A stretch of DNA of 64,000 nt, from contig NC_057722.1 in assembly GCF_004010195.1 (NCBI RefSeq), forward strand, positions 27,944,094 to 28,008,093, in the 5' to 3' direction. Positions within the stretch are counted from its first letter, which is position 1, and every line of letters begins with the position of its first letter. Shown here piece after piece: positions 14,602 through 27,170 of the stretch. Position numbers and translations under genes: made by a program. The notes below the pieces were generated by a model, which was not told where the DNA came from, did no database searches, and saw only the letters and a list, made by a program, of their open reading frames with translations. This DNA comes from Chiloscyllium plagiosum. Lineage: Eukaryota.

Positions 14602-14640
14602 AAATCCCTGACGAAGGGCTTTTGCTCGAAACGTCGATTT
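14602..14640 (+). ncRNA. Minimal hammerhead ribozyme motif, intact core
   Basis: CTGACGA-A-GGGC/TTTT/GCTC-GAAA-C-GTC; palindromic ACGT stem III; GUC cleavage triplet at 14633-14635. Confidence 0.65.
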
Positions 14641-14695
14641 TCCTGCTCCTCGGATGCTGCCTGACCTGCTGTACTTTTGCAGCACCACATTCTCG
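14602..14695 (+). mobile_element. 94-bp Penelope-derived insertion
   Basis: 17-bp flanking repeat ACTACTT(TT/CC)TCTGGCAG at 14585-14601 and 14696-14712. Confidence 0.75.
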
Positions 14696-15019
14696 ACTAC
14701 TTCCTCTGGCAGTTCATTCTACATACAAATCATCCTCTGGGTGAAAAGGTTGCCTCTCGGGTCCCTTTTAAATCTTTCATCCCTCCCTTTAACGTTATGC
14801 CCTCAAGTTTTGAACTCCCAGTCCAAGAGAAAAGAACTATGCTATTCACCCTATCTGTGCCCTTCATGAACCTTTATAAGGTAACCCCTCAATTTCCTAC
14901 ACTCCTGTGAATAAAGTCTCAGTTTATCCAGCCTCTCTTTATAACTCAAACCCTCCAGACCCTGTAACAACCATGTAAATCTTTTCTGCACCCTCTCTAA
15001 TTTATTAACAATTCAATAA

Positions 15020-15670
15020 ATAACACACCACATATCCTGAGGCCAGGATCCCTGGGTTTAGACTCCCACAAATAGGGAAAACATTCTTGCTAAATCTACT
15101 CTGTCCAGCCCGGTTAGAATTTTACGCGTTTCAATCAGATCCCTACTCATCCTTCTAAACTCTGGTGAATACAGGCCTTAAATGAATTAATCTCTACTCA
15201 GGTCAGCAGCTGAAAATGTGTTGCTGGAAAATGCAGCAGGTCAGGCAGCATCCAAGGAACAGGAGAATCGATGTTTCAGGCATAAGCCCTTCTTCAGGTC
15301 AGCAGGTCTGGCAGCATCTGTAAGGAGAGAAATCTGAAACCAAAAGAGAAAATGCTGGAAAATCTCAGCAAGTCTGGCAGCATCCGCAGTAATTTGCTTT
15401 TATCTACTCAGGTCAGTCCTGCCATTCCTGGTATCAGCCTTGTGAACCTCTGCTGCACTTCCTCTATGACAAATGTATCCTTTCTTAGGGAGAGATAAAA
15501 ACTGCATGATATACAACAGGTATGGTGTCACCAAGGCCCTGTCTAATTGCAGCAAGAGGAGACTTCTGAACTCAAATCCTGTTGCAGTGAAGGCCAATGT
15601 GCCATTTGCCTTCCTCATTGCTTGTTGCACCTGCCTGTCTACTTTCATTGATTAGTGTACAAAGACACCA
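15020..15670 (-). mobile_element. Old CR1 fragment with composite Penelope insertion (15207-15402)
   Basis: ORF 15400-15648 QVQQAMRKANGTLAF..LVTPYL; 14-bp TSD TCTACTCAGGTCAG at 15193-15206 and 15403-15416; hammerhead-like core on minus at 15270-15297. Confidence 0.72.
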
Positions 15671-16939
15671 GTCCTGATAGGTTCAACATGAAAAACTTGG
15701 GCAAACTGTATGCTTTTTCACAATGCTCAAAAGTTTTTAACCTGAGAGTTGAAAGTTATTGAGAACAAGCAGGAAAATAAAGTTGAGTCCCAAGTCAGAA
15801 CAGCTACAATCAAACTGAATACTGGAACAGTTTCAAGGGCTGTGTGGCTAACGTTCCTTATATTTTTCTTGGCTTCAGTTCTGTACTCAAATTGTCACAG
15901 CAGAGCTTGAATTTACATCTTTTTGAGTCAGAGGTGAGCCAAAGTTGACAGCAGTTATTGGGAATTCACTCTCAGAAGGATAGTACAATATTACATAAAG
16001 CTTAGAAAATGACTACAAGGATGCGGAGCTTTTCAAAAATTAGAATATGAAATCAAAAATTGCCATGGCATCCACAAATTAAGAAAAATAGATTCAAGTC
16101 AGTAGTTTCAATGCAAAGCTAACGTCAGCATAGTCACAAAGGACACAATAACTACAATCGACACTACATTTTAGTGATGCTTCATGCAGACCTTTGATAT
16201 CTGTTTGCATGTGCATCCAAAATCTCCAAAGCTGAAAGCCACATCACTCGGTTAGGCAAAAAAAAAGATTTCAAATACATTTCATTTTTCACCTAATCAG
16301 GAATAAGATACTAAAATTTGACTTGGCTACAACAGTGGAATGAATAGTTAAACACTTTTATAAATGAAGGAGCCAATTACAAGGTTTTCTTGAGTGAAAG
16401 AAAATAGGATTTTATTCTTTACGAACCCCAAGAAAAGTAATAAAAATGGTATCAAACACACACTGCAGTTGCTCAATTAATGTCTTGCATTCTCAGCCGT
16501 AGCAGAAGTTTTGGATGATTTTGAGTTCTCTGTATGTGGATGTTCCTTACATTTCTTTCATCATTTGCTTTCTAAAAGCTGAGAATAAACTTGGGAGAGA
16601 GAGAAAGCCCTGCAGTTCTACTGTTACGAATCAGATTTCATTTGTGTATTTCTGAGTCTGGCTTCAATGTCTTTCATGCTGGAAATTTGCAATCAAGTCT
16701 CTCATCACAATATGTGAAACTTCCAGAAGGGTGGATGTCAGACAGGAGCTAAAGATCTGAATGACTAGTTACAGTTGTTTTGATACAATGTTAACTTCAG
16801 TTCAGCATCTTATTTATTTATTATTTGTTTATTGACGGTTATTTATTTATTGACGGTTTGATCAGCTGACTCCACTTGTGGCCAGGTGATCACTGTAGCC
16901 ATCTTAAGTTAATATTCTTCTCTTTACAGAACCATTTTG

Positions 16940-17990
16940 ATCCGTGAAAGATCCCAGTAGAAAGTTGATAGTCTATTTTTACCATTATTTGAGAGAGGAG
17001 ATCCAACACCGGATCTGTTGCATTAGTTCAGTCTTCTATAAGTGTTTGACAACACAGATCTCCAGAAGTCAACAAAAGTCTTATTTACAGAGGAGTAGTT
17101 ATCACCAAACTCCAGTACTGCTGTGAGCTCTGGACAGTGCATCAGTAACACATAGAATGCCAGAGAAATTCCATCATAAATCCCTCCAATGCCTCCCATT
17201 CAGTGAATTAACACTAGTCTCTCAGCCAGCTCCACAAACATTCAGGCAAAACTCCTGAAAAATCAAGTATAATTGACTTGACAATATTGCCAGAAGTCTG
17301 AAAAGCATTTCCACCAATAGGTCATGTTTTCCAAAATTTCAGATGGCAACATTCCCGGGGAGGACAAGAGAAAAAAATGACAAAAACCTCTTTGTAGCTC
17401 TCCTTAAAGCACAGCACTATTAACATCAATAATTGGGTGGAGCTTTAGAATTAGAATTAGCATTAGGTTTTATTGTCACATGTACTCAAGTACGTGGATC
17501 CAAGAGTACAGCAGAAAGTGTACAAAATCATCATCTTAGGTAAAAAGGTACTGAGGTACAAAAGCTTAGCAATAAGGTAGAAAATAAAGAAATAAAGTTC
17601 AAAGTTTTACATGACAGTTCTTAAGTGCTTAGCCTTGGGCCCACATCTGAGCTCTTCCATCCTGAAACTGAGATCATCACCAGCACAAGACGCCTCACCA
17701 CACCACTACTGCAGATCCATGTCACCATTCTTCAGTGCCATCTTACCTATACCAACAACATCGCTACCATGAGACCACGCTGGGCCAATCTGTCTGATGC
17801 TCTCCACAGCATCCAGGTACAACCGATGATGATAACACTATGCAAATCTACAGAATTTTATTTGGTTGCAAAATCACCCTTTAGAGATTATATTAAGCAC
17901 TTTTTAAGCTTCTAAGTCACCTCTCAACTCAGGAATAGGCAGTGGGAAAACAGATACAAAAAATCAAGGCAAATGTCTTAATCTTTATGA
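16940..17990 (+). mobile_element. RTE-clade LINE 3' remnant, interrupted at ~17446-17850 by another element
   Basis: EEIQHRI, YRGVVITKLQYCCELWT and EKFH remnants across frames; (TAGAAT)n-TTTATT tail of an antisense insert at 17446. Confidence 0.5.
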
Positions 17991-19178
17991 ATGGAAGAGA
18001 AAAGACTAGAACATATGAACAGATCTGGAGAAAAGACTGATGTTAAAATAGTTTAAAAAACAAAGACATAATTTTTGGAACAGCACTAACAGAGCAAATG
18101 CAAACAGAATTTGTGTTCTTATTATTTGAAATTGCATCTTTATTGTTTAATTTTCAAAAGCTGTTTCTGAAATTTCAGTTATTTAATACTCATTTCTTCT
18201 GAATGACAATCTCAATGTCTTGAAGGCCAATTATAAATCCTCTATGCTATCCGATCTGTTATTCAGCCTAAAATATTAGAGACTTTAGCTGTTTGTAACA
18301 TACAGTTATTTATGCACATGAATGGTAAATTTACATTATATTCTGGACATTCGTGGCTTTTCAATCAACCCATCATCTTGTATTGGTTACTGACATACTC
18401 CTCCTGCGGATTTTGCATCAACTACCTTCAAAGTGCAGACAGTGGTAGTCCTCAAGGAGAGGAAACCCTTTTAGCAAGAATTTACCCATTCACCATCTGC
18501 TGTGCTCCCATACTGCTGACTTAGATCTAGCATTGGCCAATTCCCCTGATTACCTGTAAGAAAACAACAGCTGGCACATCTGACCACAACCTCATCTCTA
18601 TCTGAGTAGACTTTTATAGTATCTTGAGACAAATAACAAATGCGGGGTTCAGCTATGTAACAGAGATAATTGGAATAGCCTCAGCTGCTTAGACTGGCAT
18701 CCTCTCTATCAGGAGGTCAGATTTTGTTTGATTTTAGATCCAAAAACAAAATATATATATAGACCATTGGAATGTCTCTCTAATCTAAAGATTCATGTCT
18801 TAGCTTTGTATCACAAATTAGTTGTTTATGAGTTGCTTGTTCTTTTTCTTTACTATCTCTTCTCTCCAGACGTCACTAAAGAATAGCCTCATAACAGTTC
18901 AGCAATTATCAGCAAGCTACTTAACCATTAAAACTGCCACATGTGAGCCTAATCCTCTTTCAAATGACAGCCATATAGACACTATTGTCAGTTGAAAGCA
19001 ATTCATGCTGAAAGGTGGGGAACTCAGCTTGCTTTTAACATGCATATATGACACTAAAATTAACTCTAGTGCTCCCATTGCTGCTACAGCGAGATTTATG
19101 AAGATATGCAACAACATAGCACTGTCCAAAAGGTACTTTGGTTTGTTGAGTGATCAGGCAAACAAAAGGACTGGAAGC

Positions 19179-19413
19179 TGAAATAACTCCACAGAAGCCG
19201 GTATCCCATCACCAAGTCACCCTTTATTTACACATGGAGAGTCATTGACACTGATCCAGCTTTCTCAGAGCCAGCTCTCAGAGTGAATCAGAAGACTAAC
19301 ACTTCTGTTCTTATCTGACAGCCAGGGCTCCCTGATTGGACAGATTAACAGCCTCAGTCAGGGGACTCACATTCTATGATGTCAACCTAGCTGACCTCAT
19401 CACAATAACTACA
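19179..19413 (-). mobile_element. Possible solo LTR
   Basis: TG...CA ends, GAAGC/GGAGC flanks, minus-strand CCAAT and AATAAA. Confidence 0.4.
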
Positions 19414-20649
19414 GGAGCAGATTTTTTATAAGTCCCAATATTGCTGTCATTGGATTGCCAGAAACCCAAGTTCAAGATTATCTCCAAGCTGCTTGATGTA
19501 AGATATGCTCTAGGGACTTGTGGAAGATGGCCAAATGTGATCCCATTGTCTTTTGTTTTAACAAAGGCTGAACTTAATTTAGCAATTCCACTGAAAACGC
19601 GATGTTGTCAAACATTGTATCTTTCAAAAAGCCTTTTGACATTCAAGATTATGTGTTCAAAACTGTGTGTGAGATAAACATCCCACTCAATCACTGACTG
19701 TTCAACAATAATGTAAAGTAGCTCGCCAATTTGCAATGGCATGTTTGTTCTAAAGCTGAAGAACTTGTTTCTTAAAGAAAGGTTGTTAAAGAACACTGAA
19801 ATCATTCAGCTCAATTCTATGTCAATGAAAACTTTCCAGTATAGATCAAGAAGGTTTAATGAGAGTGTACTGTCGCCCAAAGTTGCAACAGTTAGCTGTT
19901 GATTTTATTTCTAAACATAATATTGCAGTGAATTATTTTGTAACCCAAGGGATTAATCTATTAATTGTTTTAAAACAGAAGGCTTATTAGCTCTATGATT
20001 CTGTTGAGGTGTTCCCACACTGGCCTTGACGGCTGTTGCCTTATGTGAAACCTTTGAGATCCTCGTAAGCAGCAAATTGAGTGAGTATGAGTTTAGGAGA
20101 GACAATTGTGGATTGCAGCATTTCAGCTGCTGCTGAGGCAGTCCAGACTAACTAACTTTCTATTAGTTCACATTAGTCAAGGTTGATGGAGGCGGGGGGC
20201 AAAGGAGTAGAAATAATGACATCCTGAGAAGGAAAATGTTTAGTGCTCCTGCTGCACTATTGTTATTGGTGCTGAATTCAGCATTTCTAGTGATCCATGA
20301 GGGAGTAGATGAGTGGTGTCTTCAAAATGTTGGCCCATTTGCTCTATCAACCTCCCCAAGGCAGATGTCTGCCTCAATCTTTAACTCAAAGCAAAGTCAT
20401 AGCAGTTATTTAAGCTTCCACAACAACTATGGCAGCTATAATCATTGCCCACTAACGTAGCCTGGCGTTGTCCAAAGTAGATTGTAGAGTGCTGGCACAA
20501 TGCAATAACATATCTCATTAGGCAGTTTGGCAGTTTTACAGAGGCTCAAGTAAGAAGAGAGGCTATAAAGAATAGCAAGAACCCCGTTCACAGAAGTGAC
20601 TAGATTTCTGCATTCCTATTCAGACCGGTCTGGAGGAGCTACTGACAAA

Positions 20650-20950
20650 ACAACTAACTTGTATTTAAATTGTGCATCAACATAGCAAATATCCCAAAGA
20701 ACTTTGCAGAGTTATAGCCAAACAAAAATTGACACAGAGCCACATCAGGAAATTTTACAGCGGACCACCAAAGAAAATTAGAGAATTGGGTTTTAAGGTG
20801 CATCTTAAAGGAAGAGAGAGCAGTAGATAGATACATGGAGAAAATTTCAGAGCTTTGCCTCTTGGCAATTGAAGGCACAACTACTAAAGATTGATAATTT
20901 AAACTTAGGGACGTGCAAGAGGCCAAGAGTGGAGATATCATGAAGGGCTC
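20650..20950 (-). mobile_element. L2-like LINE 3' remnant (similar pieces at ~23410-23890 and ~32130-32230)
   Basis: Shared ...GAGCCACATCAGGAAA... segment and an L2-like tail. Confidence 0.45.
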
Positions 20951-20964
20951 TTGTCTTCTCTTTT

Positions 20965-21300
20965 ACAATGTCGGCATTTTTGGAAAAGCCAGCATTTGTA
21001 GCCTATCCTTAACTGAATTTCAGAGGCCTGTTAAGAGTCAACTACAATGCATGAGTCTAAAGTCACATGTAGGCCAGACTGGGTAAGGATGGTAGATTTC
21101 CCTCCCTAAAGTGATGAAGGTGGATTTTTATGACAATCGACAATAGTTAATAGTAACATTGATGAGACTAGATTAAAAGTCAAGATGTATTGATAGTATT
21201 GAAATAGCAACAGCTGCAATGATGTGATTTAAAACTATGTAGCCTGGGTTGCATTACTATCCCAGTAAGGATAAGATTACCACAACACCACCAACTCACA
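20965..21300 (-). mobile_element. Deu-domain SINE, degenerate
   Basis: Reverse complement of the 30441-30800 element (AGTCACATGTAGGCCAGAC..GTAAGGATGG). Confidence 0.7.
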
Positions 21301-21552
21301 CTGTAGGCTGAAGGAGTCACTGAACTAGACAGGCATAAAGTCATAGAGTCATAGAGATGTACAGCTCGGAAACAGACCCTACTGTCCAACCCATCCATGC
21401 TGACCAGGTATCCCAACCCAATCTAGTCCCCCCTGCCAGCACCCAGCCCATGTCCTCCAAACCCTTCCTATTCATATACCCATCCAAATGCCTCTTAAAT
21501 GTTGCAATTGTACCAGCTTCAACCACTTCCTCTGGCAACTCATTCCATGCAC

Positions 21553-21785
21553 GTCAAGATTAGAGTGGTGCTGGAAAGGAACAGCAGGTCAGGCAGCATC
21601 CGAGGAGCAGGAAAATCGATGTTTCAGGCAGGAGACCTTCATCAGGATGAAGGATATTCCTGATGAGGGGCTCCTGCCCAAAACGTTGACTTTCCTGCTC
21701 CTCGGATGCTGCCTGACCTGCTGTGCTTTTCCAGCACCACTCTAATCTTGACTCATCTCCAGTATCTGCAGTCCTCACTTTCGCC
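21553..21785. mobile_element. Penelope-derived inverted pair (95-bp arms) with two hammerhead-like cores
   Basis: Arms 21553-21647 and 21658-21752; flanking repeat CATTCCAT(G/A)CACGT at 21541-21554 and 21786-21799. Confidence 0.8.
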
Positions 21786-22363
21786 CATTCCATACACGTA
21801 CCACCCTCTGCGAACTTATAACTGTACCTTTTATGCTCACATCCAAATCATTTATATAAATGACAAAAAGTAGAGGACCCTGCACAAATTCTTATGGCAC
21901 TCCACTGGTCACAGGCCTCCAGTCTGAAAAACAACCCTCCACCACCACGCTTTGTTTTCCATCTTTGAGCCAGTTCTGTAACCAAATGGCTAGTTCTCCC
22001 TGTATTCTGTGAGATTTAACTTTGCTAATCAGTCTCCCATGGGGAACCTTGTCGAACGCCTTACTGAAGTCCAAATAGATCATGTCTACCACTCTGCCCT
22101 CATCGATCCTCTTTGTTACTTTTTCAAAAAACTCGATCAAGTTTGTGAGACATGATTTCCCACTCACAAAGCCATGTTGACTATCCCTAATCAGTCCTCA
22201 CCTTTCCAAATACATGTACATCCTGTCCCTCAGGATTCCCTCCAACACCTTGCCCACTACCAACGTCAGGCTCACCAGTCTATAGTTCCCTGGCTTGTCC
22301 TTACTACCTTTCTTAAACAGTGGCACCATGTTAGCTAACCTCCAGTCTTCCGGCACCTCACCT

Positions 22364-22688
22364 TTAGATTAGATTAGATTACTTACAGTGTGGAAACAGA
22401 CCCTTCGGCCCAACAAGTCCACACCGACCCGCCGAAGTGTAACCCTCCCAAACCCATTCTCCTACCTTTACCCCTTCACCTAACACTACGGGCAATTTAG
22501 CATGGCCAATTCACCCAACCTGCACATTTTTGGATTGTGGGAGGAAACCGGAGCACCCAGAGGAAACCCACGCAGAGACAGGGAGAACGTGCAAACGCCA
22601 CACAGAGAGTTGCCTGAGGTGGGAATTGAACCTGGGTCACTTGGTGCTGCAAGGCAGCAGTGCTAACCACTGTGCCACCGTGCCGCCC
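22364..22688 (-). mobile_element. tRNA-derived V-domain SINE (HE1-like) with CR1-type tail
   Basis: GGGCGGCACGGTGGCACAGTGG A box, GGTTCAATTCC B box, GGGTGCTCCGGTTTCCTCCCACA V core, (AATCT)n tail. Confidence 0.88.
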
Positions 22689-22726
22689 ATAAGTGAGTAT
22701 TGATGATACAAATATCTCAGCAAGAG

Positions 22727-23157
22727 AAAGTGAGGACTGCAGATGCTGGAGATCAGAGCTGAAAATGTGTTGCTGGAAAAGCGCAGCAGGTCAGGCAGCA
22801 TCCAAGGAGCAGGAGAATCGACATTTCGGGCATGAGCCCTTCTTCAAGAATGAGGAAAGGGTGCCAAGCAGGCTAAGATAAAAGATGGGGAGGAGGGACT
22901 TGGGGGCAGGGCGTTGGAAATGCGATAGGTGGAAGGAGGTTAAGGTGAGGGTGATAGGCCGGAGTGAGGGTGGGGCGGAGAGGTCAGGAAGAAGATTGCA
23001 GGTTAGGAAGATGGTGTTGAGTTCGAGGGTTGGGACTGAGACAAGGTGGGGGGAGGGGAAATGAGGAAACTGGAGAAATCTGAGTTCATCCCTTGTGGTT
23101 GGAGGGTTCCTAGGCGGAAGATGAGGCGCTCTTCCTCCAGCTGTCGTGTTGCTATGG
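22727..23157 (-). mobile_element. Penelope-like element 3' end (GIY-YIG C-terminus plus pseudo-LTR)
   Basis: Minus strand reads TRQLEEERLIFRLGTLQPQGMN; 12-bp TSD TCTCAGCAAGAG at 22715-22726 and 23158-23169; mutated hammerhead core at ~22820-22847. Confidence 0.82.
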
Positions 23158-23904
23158 TCTCAGCAAGAGGCCCAGCAATCACTTCCCTAGCTTCCTACAG
23201 AGTATGAGGTTACACCTGATCAGATCCTGTGGATTTATCCACAAGACATCCAGCACTTCCTTCTCTGTAATATGGACATCATTCAAGCTGTCACCATCTA
23301 TTTCCCTACATTCTATATCTTCCGTGTCCTTTTCCACAGGAAATACTGATGCAAAATACTCATTTAGTATCTCCCCCATTTTCTGCACCTCCACACAATT
23401 TAGGTACACTATTTCAAATATTGATTGTAACTTTTAAAACTAAGGTACAACCGATCCAGGAGTCAATGTCAAGCAGAGAGCACAGGAGTGATGGCTGAAT
23501 GCAACATGATGTGAACTAGGACACAGGCAGCAGTGGAAATGTCTGAACAGTGGAATATAGGAGGCCAATCAGGGTTCATTAGAATGGTCATTGAGTGGTG
23601 ACAAAGGTATGGATGAGAGTTACAGCTGCATATGAGCTTAGGCAGGGCAAAGTTGAGTGGTGCTATGAATGTGAAAATAGGTGTTTTTTAGAGCTGGCAC
23701 AGACATGAGGTTTGAAGCTCACCTTGGGATCAAATGTGACATTAAGGTTGTGAACTGTTCACAAATCCAAAATGTGAAACTGTATATTAACTGTTTCACT
23801 CGACAGATGCTGTCTGACATGCTGAATATATACAGCATTTTGTGTTTATTCATAACAGCCAAGTTCAGCTTCAGGTTATGCTAAGAAGAGGTCACTTAGA
23901 TTCA

Positions 23905-26900
23905 TAAAGTCATAGAGATGTACATCACGGAATCAGACCCTTCGGCCCAACTCGTCCATGCCGAACAGATATCCCAACCCAAATCTAGTCCCACCTGCCA
24001 GCACCTGGCCCATAGCTCTCCAAACCCTTCCCATTTATCTATCCATCCAAATGCCTTTTAAATATTGCAATTGTACCAGCCTCCAACACTTCTTCCGGCA
24101 GCTCATTCCATACACGTACCACCCTCTGTGTGAAAACGTTGCCCCTTAGATCCCTTTTATATCTTTCCCCTCTCACCATAAACCTATGCCCTCTATTTCT
24201 GGACGGCCCCACCCAGGGAGAAGACGTTGTCTATTTATCCTATCCATGCCCCTCATAACTTTGTAAACCTCTATAAGGTCACCCCTCAGCCTCCGACGCT
24301 CCAGGGAAAACAGCCCCAGCCTGTTCAGCTTCTCCCTATAGCTCAAATCCTACAACCCTTGCAACATTCTTGTAAATCTTTTTTGAACCCTTTCAAATTT
24401 CACAACATCTTTCCGATAGGAAGGAGAGCAGAATTGCATGCATTATTCCAATAGTGGTCTAACCAATGTCCTGTACAGCCACAACATGACCTCCCAACTC
24501 CTGTACTCAATAGTCTGATGAATAAAAGAAAGCATACCAAACATCTTCTTCACTATCCTATCTAGCTGTGACTCCACTTTCAAGGAGCTATGGACCTGTA
24601 CTCCAAGGTCTCTTTTTTTCAGCAACACTCTCTAGGACCTTACCATTAAGTATATAAGTCCTGCTACAATTTGCTTTCCCAAAATGCAACACCTTGCATT
24701 TATCTGAATTAAACTCCATCTGGCACTTCTCAGTCCATTGGCCCAACTGATCAAGATGCCATTTTAACCTGAAGTAATCTTCTTCGCTGTCCACTACACC
24801 TCCAATTTTGGTGTCATCTACAAACTTACCAACTATACCTCCTATACTCACACCCACATCATTTATATAAATGACAAAAGGTAGTGGACCCAGCATGAAT
24901 TCTCGTGGCACTCCACTGGTCACAGGCCTCCAGTCTGAAAAACAACCCTCTACCACCACCCTCTGTCTTCTACCTTTGAGACAGTTCTGTATCCACATGG
25001 CTAGTTCTCCCTGTATTCCGTGAGATCTAACCTTGCGAACCAATCTCCCATGGGAAACCTTGTTGAACGCCTTGTCTACTGCTCTGCCCTCATCAATCCT
25101 CGTTGTTACTTCTTCAAGTTTGTGAGATGATTTCCCATGCAAAAAGCTACATTGGCGATCCCTAATCAGTCCTTGCCTTCCCAATTACATGTACATCCTG
25201 TCCCTCAGGATTCCCTCCAACCACCAATGTCAGGCTCACTGGTCTATAGTTCCCTGGCTTGTTCTTATTACCTTTCTTAAACAGTAGCACCACGTTAGCC
25301 AACCTTCAGTCTTCCGGCACCTCAACTGTGACTATCAATGATACAAATATCTCAGCAAGAGGCCCAGCAATCACTTCTCTAGCCTCCCACAGAGTTCTAG
25401 GGTACACCTGATCAGGTCCAATGGAGTTATCCACCTTTATGAGTTTCAAGACATCCAGCACTTCCTCCACTGTAATATGGACATTTTTCAAGATGTCACC
25501 ATCTATTTCCCTACATTCTATATCTTCCATGTCCTTTTCCACAGGAAATACTGATGCAAAATACTCATTTAGTATCTCCCCATTTTCTGCGGCACCACAC
25601 AAATGCCACCTTGCTTATCTTTGAGGGGCCCTATTCTCTCCCTAGTTATCCTTTTGTCCTTAATATATTTATAGATATCTTTTGGATTCTCCTTAATTCT
25701 ATTTGCCAATGCTATCTCATGTCACCTTTTTGTCCTCCTGATTTCCCTCTTATATATACTCCTACTTCCTTTATACTTTTCTAAGGATTCACTCAATCTA
25801 TCCTGACCATACCTGACGTGTGCTTCCTTCTTTTTCTTAACCAAATCCTCAATTTCTTTAGACATCCAGCATACCCTATACCTACCAGCTTTTCTTTTCA
25901 CCCTAACAGGAATATACTTTCTCTGGACTCTTGTTATCTCATTTCTGAAGGCTTTCCATTTTCCAGCCATCCCTTTACCTACGAACATCTGCCTCCAATC
26001 AGCTTTTGAAAGTTCTTGCCTAATACCATCAAAATTGGCCTTCCTCCAGTTTAGAACTTCAATTTTTAGATCTGGTCTATTCTTTTCCATCACTATTTTA
26101 AAACTGAATCAGAAAATGTTCTTGTACACACTTAACAAATTCCTCTCCATCTATGGCAGTCCCAATCTTTGTTTGCAAAGTTAAAATCCTCTACTATGAT
26201 CACTCTGTTGTTCTTAAAGATAGCTGAGATCTCCTTATAAATTTGTTTCTCAGTTTCCCTCTGACTATTAGGAGATCCCAAAAAGGTGATTATCCCTTTC
26301 TTATTTTTCGGTTCCATCCAAATAACTTTCCTGGATGTATTTCCGGGAATATCCTCCCTCAGTACAGCTGTAATGCTATCCCTTATCAAAAAGGCCACTC
26401 CCACTCCTCTCTTGCCTCCCTTTCTATCCTTCCTGTAGCATTTGTATCCTGGAACATTAAGCTACCAGTTCTGTCCATCCCTGAGCCATGTTTCTGTAAT
26501 TGCTATGATATCCCAGTCTCATGTTCCTGAATTCATCTGCCTTCCCTGTTAGGCCCTTTGTATTGAAATAAATGCAGTTTAATTTATCAGTCCTACCTTG
26601 TTCTCTGCTTTATCCCTGCCTGCCCTGACTGTTTGACTCACTTCTGTTCTCAACTGTACCAATCTCAGATTGATTTCTTTCTTCACTATCTCCCTGGATT
26701 CCACTCGCCCACCTTACTAGTTTAAATCCACCCAAGCAGCTCTCACAAATTTCCCTGCCAGTATATTAGTCCCCTTCCAATTTAGGTGCAATCCATCCTT
26801 CTTGTACAGGTCACTTCTACCCCAAAAGAGATTCCAATTATCCAAAAATGTGAATCCTTCTCCCATACACCAGTTCCTCAGCCATGCATTCATCTGCTCT

Positions 26901-27170
26901 ATCTTCCTATTCCTGCCCTCACTAGCTTGCAGCACCGGGAGTAATCCAGATATCACGAGGACCTCGTTTTTAAATTCCTGCCTTACTCTCTGTAATCTCC
27001 CTTCAGAATCTCAACCTTTTCCCTTCCTATGTCATTAGTTCCAATGTGGACAATGACCTTTTGCTGGACCTTCTCATCCTTGAGAACATTCTACAGCCTC
27101 TCTGAGACATCCTTGATCCTGACACCAGCGAAGCAACATACCATTCTGATTTTTCTCTGCTGGCCACAGA
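23905..27170 (-). mobile_element. Long CR1 LINE: ORF1 SGNH-esterase remnant, APE endonuclease, RT, 3' tail; disrupted
   Basis: ORF1 ISGLLP..MNAWLRNWC..YKKDGLHLN (26717-26956); GVAFLIRDSI..EDFNF; LNWRKANFD; KFVDDTKIGG; multiple stops and frameshifts. Confidence 0.9.

Larger units (their letters stand above)
14405..15000 (-). mobile_element. CR1 3' end interrupted by a Penelope mini-insertion
   Basis: Similar to the CR1 3' ends at 21340 and 23905. Confidence 0.8.
21340..23400 (-). mobile_element. CR1 LINE with internal deletion and three nested insertions
   Basis: GKSCLTNLIEFFE..YLDFSKAFDKVPH..VTSGVP (ORF 21892-22167); EILNEYFASVF. Confidence 0.88.

Noticed and set aside
24588-25184. Functional reverse transcriptase gene
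   Set aside because: Fragment of a CR1 with deletions and frameshifts; no LINE in the window has an intact ORF2.
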